Assembly (NCBI RefSeq): GCF_963921235.1
Contig: NC_086107.1
Coordinates: 106,456,001-106,520,000 of the forward strand
Origin: Mobula hypostoma
Taxonomy: Eukaryota
Direction of reading: 5' to 3'
Length of the DNA stretch: 64,000 nt
Shown here one piece after another: positions 54,430 through 64,000 of this stretch. Under the pieces are notes generated by a model. The model had not been told where the DNA came from. It was given only the letters and a program-made list of their open reading frames with translations, and did not search any database. The stretch's first letter is position 1. Each line of letters begins with the position of its first letter. The translations under genes were made by a program, and so were the position numbers.

Positions 54430-54930
54430 TTGCTATTGCAGCGGAGGTTCACGAGGTTAATTCCCAGGATGGCGGGACTGTCATATGTTGAAAGATTGGA
54501 GCGACTGGGCTTGTATACACTGGAAGTTAGGAGGATGAGAGGGGATCTGATTGAAACATATAAGATTATTAAGGGATTGAACATGCTAGAGGCAGGAAAC
54601 ATGTTCCCGATGTTGGGGGAGTCCAGAACCAGAGGCCACAATTTGAGAATAAGGGGTAGACCATTTAGAACGGAGTTGAGGAAAAATTTTTTCACCCAGA
54701 GAGTTGTGGATCTGTGGAATGCTCTGCCTCAGAGGGCAGTGGAGGCCAATTCTCTGGATGCTTTCAAGAAAGAGTTAGATAGAGCTCTTAATGATAGCAG
54801 AGTCAAGGGATATGGGGAGAAGGCAGGAATGAGGTACTGATTGTGGATGATCAGCCATGATCACAGTGAATGGCGGTGCTGGCTCGAAGGGCTGAATGGC
54901 CTGCTCCTGCACCTATTGTCTATTGACTCT
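54430..54930 (+). mobile_element. CR1 LINE 3' fragment (second subfamily)
   Basis: QRRFTRLIPRMAGLSY...RGHNLRIRGRPFRTELRKNFFTQRVV; CR1 3' UTR with a (CTATTGT) tail. Confidence 0.9.
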
Positions 54931-55452
54931 TTTACCTTGTTATTTCAAGCTCATTAGTTATTGCTATTTATTTATATCTGCATTTGCAGTTTGTTGTCCA
55001 TTGATCCTGTTTACAGTCACTGTTCTCTAGATTGGCTAAGTATACTTGCAGAAAAAGGACCTCAGGGTTGTACGTGGTGGCATGTATGTACTCTGATAAT
55101 AAATTTTACTTTGACTTCGACCCGGGTTCAATTCTGCCACTGTCTGTAAGGGGTTTGTATGTTCTCCCTGTGACTGTGTGGGTTTCCTCTGGGTGCTCAG
55201 GTTTCCTCCCACATTACAAAGACATACAGGTTAGGGTTAGTAAGCTGTGGGTATGCCACATTGGCGCTGGAAGCACTGGGAAACTTGTGGGTGCCCCACC
55301 CTACAGATCCTAGGACTGTGTTGGTTACTGATGCATTTCACTATATATTTCATTGTTTTGATGTATAGGTGACAAATAAAAGTCATCTTTATCTTTAGAA
55401 TATTCTAGTTGATTAGTGTTTTGGTCAGTTTTACTCCTAAGAACACTGAGAA

Positions 55453-55987
55453 CAGTGGTCACTTTATGAAGTAGACCTGCTCGTTAATGCAAATATCTAA
55501 TCAGCCAATCATGTGGCAGCAGCTCAAAGCATGTAGACAATGGTCAAGAGGTTCAGTTGTTCTTCAGACCAAACATCAGAATGGGGAAGAAATGTGATCA
55601 AAGTGACTTTGACTGTAGAATGATTGTTGCTACCAGACAGGGTGGTTTGAGTATCTCAGAAACTACTGATCTCCTGGGATTTTCACACACAACAGTCTCT
55701 AAAGTTTACAGAGAATAGTGCAAAAAATAAAGATCATCCAGTGAGCAGCAGTTCTGTGGGTGAGAAAACCTTGTTAATGAGAGAGATCAGAGGAGAATGG
55801 CCAGACTGGTTCAAGCTGACAGGAAGGTGACAGGAACTCAAATAATTAACAGTGACGTGCAGAAGAGCATCTCTGAATGCACAACACATTGAATCTTGAA
55901 GTGGATAGGCTATAGCAGCAGAAGACTGCAAACATTCACTCAGTGGCCTCTTTATTAAGAGGTACCTAATAAAGTGGCCACTGAGTG
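55453..55987 (+). mobile_element. Tc1-derived non-autonomous DNA transposon
   Basis: Homologous to 32322-32861, with TIRs. Confidence 0.85.
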
Positions 55988-56672
55988 TATTTCTGTTACT
56001 AAAATCGGAAAATCTTAGAAATATTGAGTAATCCAAACTGTGGAGAAAGAAAAACAGAGCTAATGATTCTGGCCAATCAGCTCTGATGAAAGGCTCTCAA
56101 CCGGAAATGTTAATCCTAGTTCCCTCACCACTAATGCTGCCTGACTTGCTGGGTATGTCAGCATTTTCTGATTTCTTCTCTAATTTCCACCATACAATAG
56201 AGTTTTAACTTGGAATCAATTCTCTCCATGCGGTCCTGTACTAGGTTTTCTAAATGAGTTAGTATTCTTTTATGCAATACCAATATCCTCCCTCCGTTCA
56301 AGGCAACATGGCATGTTGGGGGACAACTCCCTAGTCTCTGCCCGGTAGCCAAGTTGGAGTCTGTGCAGCAAGGAAGATCGGCAAGTTAATACTAATAACT
56401 CCAATCAAGACTGATGCATGTAAACCTCTACAGGTTGAGATATTTTCTAGTAGAAGTTCATTGGTCAATGATCGGCTATTTCTTATCCAGAACCACAGAA
56501 GCCCAGTCTAACACTTCAACTATCACTCCTTCTTGAGCCTGCGGTTTCAGGTTAGACCCAGCCTTTATAATTGTACACGGACTCATCGGGGTATCTGGTT
56601 ATTGATTAGGCAGCCATAAACGCGCGCAACAACCAAACTGCTAAGAGTGAAAATAACTCCAACAGATGTTAC

Positions 56673-56826
56673 CCATTTGCTTCCAAGGGTCAGTAGATAC
56701 TGGACGAGATACAGCAGCCCATGGGTCAGGTTTGGCTGTGGCTGCTGATGGGAAGGGGGTTCCCCATGGGTCAGATTTCTGTGCCAGGGGAGATGGAGTG
56801 GAGTCCGTCAGATCAAGCAGAGCCGT
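56673..56826 (-). CDS. Epsin exon with clathrin box and 3 DPW
   Basis: TALLDLTDSTPSPLAQKSDPWGTPFPSAATAKPDPWAAVSRPVSTDPWKQM; AG/GT, phase 0/1. Confidence 0.95.
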
Positions 56827-57844
56827 CTGCAAAAATAAATATTTGAAAGAAATGAATATTTGGCTTATCTGGTGATTATGAACTTTAAGTTTTTTCCCTT
56901 ATCATTCTTTGCATAGATGGGTGGAGACAGCTCTAAGTATCTATTAACAAAACACCCCTAAGCAATTACAGTCTGAACGTTTTGTATTGGAAATGTCCTG
57001 ACAGGGGCAGGCACTGATGTTTTTCCATCTCTGTCGGGGAAATGCAGTGAGCATGTTCTGCCAAGTTCAGAATGTGGTGTGACTGCATCCCTTGTCAAGC
57101 GTTTAAATGACTAGTTTACCACAGAAGCTGAGTGATATATCAGGAGCAACATCAAGCTCAAGACAGGAAGTGTAAAGATGCAATATTTTGATGTGCTCAC
57201 TTCGCATAAACTACTCCCACTACTAATGAGAAACCAAACAGTCTGACATTTCGTCTTACTCTTATAGAGCTCCAAACTGATGTTAAATTCAGAACAGGGA
57301 TTTCCAGTCGCCTCTCTTCAGGTCTGGCACTAATTCACATTTAGATATCTGGAATAAGGTGTCTAATTACTATACTCTAAAATATCTTGCTGATTTGTAT
57401 CTCAATACCACTTACGTAATTTCCTTCCACGATATTTGTATTTATAGCAATAGACATATCAGTTATTCATACTGTAGATCAAAAAAATCTAGTTAAAGTT
57501 TAAAAGTTTTAAAATATACTATTATAAACCCTGTTTTCCCATGTTCAGTAAAGGTTGCCTATGTAAACAAATGAGAACACAGTTGCATCTTTCAATCAGC
57601 AACAGCATGCAGTAGGTTCCTTCTCATCTTCTCAAGCCATCTGGAGAGAAATTCCTCAATCCCAATGAACTCTGTTCCCCAAATTGCCACATATTCTTCA
57701 TAGTTAAGTACAGAACATGATATCTAGAATATTCTAGAACATTCTCCAAGAGGACCACAATCCAGTTATAGTTTGGATCCCTGCATGGCTCAATGATTCG
57801 GAGAGCTACATTGGCTGGAGACAGTCATTTATTTTTTGACACTT

Positions 57845-58152
57845 GGTAGGGTCATCCATACCAGACAGATCAAAGGGTAGAGGTCAGACTAAGAGCTGTC
57901 CACCGGCCCTCCAGGTATGGGGGCTCAGCTTAGGGCCTAATAACCCTGACTGGTCAAACAAAACTGTTACAGAAACAGCAACGAAGACTCCTACATCTGT
58001 GTGCGATGGTATTCATGAGTCTTCACCCAGACTTGCATGGCTGACAGTAGTGAAAGCCAGGGGAAACTATTGGCATGATGAAGGAAGCCCTGAACACCAC
58101 CAGAGATGGAGGACCTTCATTGATGCCCTAAACGCCCGCTGCGCAACAGGCA
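57845..58152 (+). mobile_element. RTE-clade-derived element, second copy
   Basis: Inverted homologue of 4070-4490. Confidence 0.5.
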
Positions 58153-58189
58153 ATTTGTGTCTACAGTTTACTCTTAGGAAGATTTGATG

Positions 58190-58610
58190 GCTCTGGCTCT
58201 GTACTCACTGGAGTTCAGAAGAATTTGGTGGTGGGGGAGGGAAGGATCTCATTGAATCCAAGTGAATCTTGCAAGGTGTAGATAGAGTGGATGTGGAGAT
58301 AATGTTTCCAGTAGTGGGAGAGTCGAGGATCAGAGAGCGCAGCATCATAATACAAGGACATCCATTTAGAACAGAGGTAAGGAAGAATTTCTATAGCCAG
58401 AGGGTGGTGGATCTGTGGAAGTGATTGCCAGAAGCAGCTGCGGAAGCCCAAGTCATTGGGTATATTTGAAGTGGAGGTTGATAGGTCCTTTATTAGTGAG
58501 GGTGACAAAGGTTACGGGGAGAAGACAAGATGGAATAAATCGTCATGATTTATTCCATGACTTGATGGGCTGAATGGCCTAATTCTGCAATGAAGTATTA
58601 TGGTCCTATG
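58190..58610 (+). mobile_element. CR1 LINE 3' fragment
   Basis: Decayed CR1 ORF2 end and 3' UTR (GGGCTGAATGGCCTAATTCTGC). Confidence 0.8.
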
Positions 58611-59132
58611 ATCTTCTTATCCTTCAGCACCCAAATATTTGGTTTTTATAACATACGAAGGATAAATGGAGAATAGTGTCTTTAGGCTGAATATCAGCTG
58701 CAAATTCTACGCAACCAAAATTTCAGCTACTGTCATCACATTTTGCTGAAACACTAATAACACTTTATGTAGACAAAGCTTTCGTTTCACCCCCAAGTTT
58801 CCTTCAATGTTATCCAAATCTATAAAAATTAATAGCACCTGTAAAGGATCAATAGATAGAGAGCCAATTCAAGATTAACTCCACTATTTTAAGATATGAC
58901 ACATTCTGACATCCCAGCACTGTACTGAGGAATGTGCCACCACCAAAGATGTGCTAGCTACTTGCTCAGGCAGTGTTAAAGATTCCATATCATCGTTCGT
59001 AGTCGTGGTATAGTAACAATGTGATTAATGCAAAAATTACTCCAATGGGCTGTCAGGTAAGGGGACAAGATTGGGTGGGTATAATGAATGGGTACAGACA
59101 CAGTCAGAGCTAAGGATGGTTGACAGCCACAC

Positions 59133-59234
59133 CTCATTTTTGTGAGGGCCCCCGCCTGGTATCTGTAACTTCTGCCGGCTCTCTTCCAACGCCAGCTGTA
59201 GACGGAGGTCACCTCCACGGCGACGCCGCTCGTC
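59133..59234 (-). CDS. Epsin UIM exon (most 5' epsin exon found in the window)
   Basis: DERRRRGGDLRLQLALEESRQKLQIPGGGPHKNE, similar to EPN2 EERLRRGDDLRLQMALEESRR; CACAG acceptor, GTGTGG donor, phase 0/0. Confidence 0.93.
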
Positions 59235-59579
59235 CTGTGCAAACCAATCCAGAAATGGGAATCTGATTAATCAAGGCTCTGGCTGGGCTACCAACTCATA
59301 TTGACCAATGGAGCCAGGTCTGTCCTTGGTGTGTGGCCACTCATTTACTCAAAGCAGAAAACACCAGCTCCAGGGGTGAAGAATGATCCACAATTCACCC
59401 TGCTGAATGATAAGGGAGAGGGTCAGACTGTGTGACGTCTGACCTGGCTGCATTTACTGGCTAGGTATGTACACAAAAGGAAGACCAAACAGCCACTGCC
59501 TTAAGTTCTGGGAATTACAGTCTGTCCAGGGCGAGCAGCAGCCTGCTCAGTTGATGCATGTTAAAAAGAGGATACTTTG

Positions 59580-60100
59580 GTTGGATTGAGTTATTCTCCA
59601 ATCTCAGCAATTTACTTGCAAACATTTCATCACCGTACGAGGAGACATCGTCAGTGCGTTGTTGATTGTGGTGTGTCTTCCAAATGCTTCGCCTTCATAT
59701 ACTTTTCAATCAGCTGATTGGACGTCATTTCGGAAACTCAATTGTGCTGTGGGGAAGAATTCCATGAACAATTCTATATAAAAAAAACACACAAGTCTCT
59801 GATGTATTTATGAGACGATACAGGAAAACTTCTGATCACAATGCATGAAGTTCGCCACTCAGACAATCAGCAACAAGATTTCCTCCCCACATCACAAATG
59901 AGTTTCCAAAATGACGTCCAATCCGCTGATTGTTAAGTATTTAAAGGTCAAGCATTCGGAGGACACACCACGACCAACAGCACACTGACGATGTCTCCTC
60001 GTATGGTGACGAAACGTTTGCAAGTAAATTGCCAAGATCAGAAAACAACTCAACCCAACCATCAACCACCTGAGCTACACATCTTCTGAATTACTTCCAA
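59580..60100. mobile_element. Second Penelope-like family, inverted pLTR pair
   Basis: Inverted arms of about 185 bp (59578-59762, 59878-60061); 11-bp TSD AGGATACTTTG at 59569-59579 and 60101-60111; each arm carries a hammerhead-like motif. Confidence 0.75.
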
Positions 60101-61189
60101 AGGATACTTTGCTCAGAAGTACAAGACCAATTTTGTACCAGGGCGTGGCCGACACAGCACTATTACAGCTAGCGGCGGAGTTTGGAGCTCAATTCCAGCG
60201 TTGTCTGTTATGCTTTCTCCCCGTGACTGCATGGATTTCCTCTGGGTGCTCTGGTTTCCACCCACAGTCCAAAGAGGTACAAACCCCGAACAGGATCTCG
60301 ACCTGAAACGTCAACTGTTTATTCATTTACTCAGTCTGACCTGCCGAGTTCCTCCAGCATTTGGTGTGTGTTGCTGTGGTTAGTAGGTTAATAGGTCATT
60401 GTTAAATCCTGTGATTATGTAAGGTTAAATCAGTGGGTTGCTGGGTGGTGCAGCTCGTTGGGCTGGAAGGGTTCACTCTGCACTGTTCCTCTAAATAAAG
60501 GTAAATACATTTTGAAAATAAAACGCAGCCTTTGCACCCAGCTCATAACCCAAAATAAAACTAAAGTCACAGTTCAACAATCATATGAAACAAAATAAAG
60601 AGATAAGCAAGGTAATGAACCTCAATGGAGAGCTTCAAGAAGTTTATGGTGGTGACTGGGAGAAAAAGGGTATCAACAGTGAACTCAGTAAGCTCCATCC
60701 TCAAAGCAGTTTGGTACATTTCAAACGCAGGCAGGAGTATCAAGTCTAGGCAGCGTCACAAAATGAAACACCCTGTCGTCACGGTAAGTCCTGCTCCCAG
60801 TGCTAAACCTAAATCTAGTCAATGAATCATGGGAACATCCCATGCCATATTTCATCCTTTGAACCGGTAACTAGGATGCAAAATTAAAACTGATCCAAAA
60901 TTAACCTAGCCACATTCAATGCAAACACAGTCAACTTTTAATCTTTTCTACTCACAGAAATGAGCAAAAAGCAGAAAAATATATGACTTCTGTTGCTCCA
61001 TGTAAATTGATATTGTCAATAACATAAAACACATGCAGGAGTGCAAAGCAAATCATCCTGATCTACAGAAAATATTGAGGCAGCCTGGCATTACTTGGCA
61101 CGACCTGACGTTCGATCAGAGCCTACTCATGATTCAACTCATGTAGTCGATTCCTATCGGGGTCATGTTGAGTGACACTCGGGTGGAGC

Positions 61190-61401
61190 AACACACTCAA
61201 AATACTGGAGGAACTCAGCAGGTCAGGCAACATCTACGAAAATGAATGAACAGTCGATGTTTCGGGCCGAGGCTCTTCTTTAAGACTGAGAAAGAAAGGG
61301 GAAGATGCTAGAATAAAAAGGTTGGGGGGAGGGAAAGGAGGCTAGCTGGAAGGGGATAGGTGAAGCCAGGAGGATGGGAAAGGTCAAGGGCTGGAGAAGA
61401 A
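61190..61401 (-). mobile_element. Penelope pLTR, left part (host of the CR1 insertion)
   Basis: Homologous to about 13720-13940; continues at 63801-64000. Confidence 0.8.
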
Positions 61402-63800
61402 AGAAACATAGAAACATAGAAAATAGGTGCAGGAGTAGGGCATTCAGCCCTTCGAGCCTGCACTGCCATTCAGTATGATCATGGCTGATCATCCAACTCA
61501 GAACCCTCTACCTGCCTTCCCTCCATACCCCCTGATCCCTTTAGCCACAAGGGCCATATCTAACTCCCTCTTAAATATAGCCAATGAACTGGCCTCAACT
61601 GTATCCTGTGGCAGAGAATTCCACAGATTCACCACTCTCTGTGTGAAGAAGTTTTTCCTAATCTTGGTCCTAAAAGGCTTCCCCTTTATCCTCAAACTGT
61701 GACCCCTCGTTCTGGACTTCCCCAACATCGGAAACAATCTTCCTGCATCTAGCCTGTCCAATCCCTTTAGGATTTTATACGTTTCAATAAGATCCCCCCT
61801 CAAACTTCTAAATTCCAATGAGTATAAGCCTAGTTCATCCAGTCTTTCATCATATGAAAGTCCTGCCATCCCAGGAATCAATCTGGTGAACCTTCTTTGT
61901 ACTCCCTCAATGGCAAGGATGCCTTTCCTCAGATTAGGGGACCAAAACTGCACACAATACTCCAGGTGTGGTCTCACTAAGGCCTTGTACAACTGCAGTC
62001 GTACCTCCCTGCTCCTGTACTCGAATCCTCTTGCTATGAATGCCAGCATACCATTTGCCTTTTTCACCGCCTGCTGTACTTGCATGCCCACTTTCAATGA
62101 CTGGTGTATAATGACACCCAGGTCTCGTTGCACCTCCCCTTTTCCTAATTGGCCACCATTCAGATAATATTCTGTTTTCCTGTTTTTGCCACCAAAGTGG
62201 ATAACCTCACACTTATCCACATTAAATTGCATCTGCCATGAATATGCCCACTCACCCAACCTATCCAAGTCACCCTGCATCCCCTTAGCATCCTCCTCAC
62301 AGCTAACACTGCCACCCAGCTTCGTGTCATCCGCAAACTTGGAGATGCTGCATTTAATTCCCTCATCTGAGTCATTAATATATATTGTAAACAACTGGGG
62401 TCCCAGCACTGAGCCTTGCGGTACCCCACTAGTCACTGCCTGCCATTCTGAAAAGGTCCCGTTTATTCCCACTCTTTGCTTCCTGTCTGCCAACCAACTC
62501 TCCACCCACACCAATACCTTACCCCCAATACCGTGTGCTTTAAGTTTGCACACTAATCTCCTGTGTGGGACCTTGTCAAAAGCCTTTTGAAAATCCAAAT
62601 ATACCACATCCACTGGTTCTCCCCTATCCACTCTACTAGTTACATCCTCAAAAAATTCTATGAGATTCGTCAGACATGATTTTCCTTTCACAAATCCATG
62701 CTGACTTTGTCCGATGATTTCACCGCTTTCCAAATGTGCTGTTATCACATCTTTGATAACTGACTCCAGCAGTTTCCCCACCACCGACGTTAGGCTAACT
62801 GGTCTATAATTCCCCGGTTTCTCTCTCCCTCCTTTTTTAAAAAGTGGGGTTACATTAGCCACCCTCCAATCCTCAGGAACTAGTCCAGAATCTAAAGGGT
62901 TTTGAAAAATTATCACTAATGCATCCACTATATCTTGGGCTACTTCCTTAAGCACTCTGGGATGCAGACCATCTGGCCCTGGGGATTTATCTGCCTTTAA
63001 TCCCTTCAATTTACCTAACACCACTTCCCTACTAACATATATTTCCCTCAGTTCCTCCATCTCACTGGACCCTCTGTCCCTTACTATTTCTGGAAGATTA
63101 TTTATGTCCTCCTGAGTGAAGACAGAACCAAAGTAGTTATTCAATTGGTCTGCCATGTCCTTGCTCCCCATAATCAATTCACCTGTTTCTGTCTGTAGGG
63201 GACCTACATTTATCTTAACCAATCTTTTTCTTTTCACATATCTATAAAAGCTTTTACAGTCAGTTTTTATGTTCCCTGCCAGTTTTCTCTCATAATCTTT
63301 TTTCCCCTTCCTAATTAAGCTCTTTGTCCTCCTCTGCTGGACTCTGAATTTCTCCCAGTCCTCAGGTGAGCCACTTTTTCTGGCTAATTTGTATGCTTCT
63401 TCTTTGGAATTGATACTATCCCTGATTTCCCTTGTCAGCCACGGGTGCACTACCTTCCCTGATTTATTCTTTTGCCAAACTGGGATGAACAATTGTTGTA
63501 GTTCATCCATGTGATCTTTAAATGCTTGCCATTGCATATCCACCATCAACACTTTAAGTGTCATTTGCCAGTCTATCTTAGCTAATAAACGTCTCATACC
63601 TTCAAAGTTACCCTTCTTTAAGTTCAGAACCTTTGTTTCTGAATTAACTATGTCACTCTCCATCTTAATGAAGAATTCCACCATATTATGGTCACTCTTA
63701 CCCAAGGGGACTCTCACGACAAGATTGCTAATTAACCCTTCCTCATTGCTCAATACCCAGTCTAGAATAGCCTGCTCTCTAGTTGGTTCCTCGACATGTT
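61402..63800 (-). mobile_element. Young CR1 LINE, 2.4 kb, 5'-truncated within the endonuclease domain
   Basis: Uninterrupted ORF2 remainder plus 3' UTR and (TTCTATGT)n tail. Confidence 0.97.
61498..63753 (-). CDS. CR1 ORF2 fragment: end of APE endonuclease plus full reverse transcriptase
   Basis: 751 aa with SDH, PGPDG, NYRPVSLTS, YLDFQKAFDKV, GVPQGSVLGP, KFADDTK; the listed start is TTG and the frame stays open to the truncation point (HVEEPTREQAILDWVL). Confidence 0.93.
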   Translation of the reverse strand: MSNEEGLISNLVVRVPLGKSDHNMVEFFIKMESDIVNSETKVLNLKKGNFEGMRRLLAKIDWQMTLKVLMVDMQWQAFKDHMDELQQLFIPVWQKNKSGKVVHPWLTREIRDSINSKEEAYKLARKSGSPEDWEKFRVQQRRTKSLIRKGKKDYERKLAGNIKTDCKSFYRYVKRKRLVKINVGPLQTETGELIMGSKDMADQLNNYFGSVFTQEDINNLPEIVRDRGSSEMEELREIYVSREVVLGKLKGLKADKSPGPDGLHPRVLKEVAQDIVDALVIIFQNPLDSGLVPEDWRVANVTPLFKKGGREKPGNYRPVSLTSVVGKLLESVIKDVITAHLESGEIIGQSQHGFVKGKSCLTNLIEFFEDVTSRVDRGEPVDVVYLDFQKAFDKVPHRRLVCKLKAHGIGGKVLVWVESWLADRKQRVGINGTFSEWQAVTSGVPQGSVLGPQLFTIYINDSDEGIKCSISKFADDTKLGGSVSCEEDAKGMQGDLDRLGEWAYSWQMQFNVDKCEVIHFGGKNRKTEYYLNGGQLGKGEVQRDLGVIIHQSLKVGMQVQQAVKKANGMLAFIARGFEYRSREVRLQLYKALVRPHLEYCVQFWSPNLRKGILAIEGVQRRFTRLIPGMAGLSYDERLDELGLYSLEFRSLRGDLIETYKILKGLDRLDAGRLFPMLGKSRTRGHSLRIKGKPFRTKIRKNFFTQRVVNLWNSLPQDTVEASSLAIFKRELDMALVAKGIRGYGGKAGRGF

Positions 63801-64000
63801 AGAAGAGGAGAGTGGACTATAGGGAAAAGGGAAGGACGAGGGGACTCAGAGGGGAAGTAATAGGTAGGTGAGAAGTAGTAAAATGTTAGAGTGGGGAATA
63901 GAGGAAGGAGGAGCTAGGGGAATTTTGTTCAAAGGAAGGAGAAATCAGCATTCATACCATCAGGTTGGAGGGTACCCAGATGGAATATAAGGTGTTATCC
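63801..64000 (-). mobile_element. Penelope-like element, right part
   Basis: Purine-rich 3' region and end of the GIY-YIG ORF, homologous to about 13960-14115. Confidence 0.8.

Noticed and set aside
54301..54840. 179-aa ORF that looks like a fusion protein
   Set aside because: Chance read-through from a decayed Rex-like LINE into an adjacent CR1 fragment.
61886..62590. Plus-strand ORFs of 93 and 134 aa, echoed at 10481 and 16765
   Set aside because: Antisense shadows of the CR1 ORF2; they recur only because the element recurs.

Overview
Vertebrate genomic DNA, most likely a cartilaginous fish (ray/shark), inferred from the repeat content: CR1 LINEs, V-SINE/HE1-type SINEs, Penelope-like elements and Tc1/hAT relics. 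It holds two convergent, intron-rich genes, each cut off at its 5' end by the window. On + is GTPBP1 (translational GTPase), with 12 coding exons read manually from 3720 to the TAG ending at 36836; exon 1 lies upstream of the window. On - is an epsin-family endocytic adaptor, EPN2-like, with 6 C-terminal coding exons from 59234 to the TGA at 45978 (UIM, LLDL clathrin box, 6 DPW, FxxFxxLR, 3 NPF); its ENTH exons lie beyond 64000. Best leads: (1) about 15 copies of a minimal type I hammerhead ribozyme motif carried by Penelope-like pLTRs, at least 4 with an intact core, plus a second Penelope family with a different hammerhead; (2) a full-architecture epsin beside GTPBP1 that may be the fourth epsin ohnolog (ENTHD1 lineage); (3) an extra 51-nt GTPBP1 exon not present in the human protein as I recall it; (4) several nested insertions with readable target-site duplications. 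Nothing here can be shown to be previously undescribed without searches. Repeat boundaries without a stated TSD/TIR are approximate.
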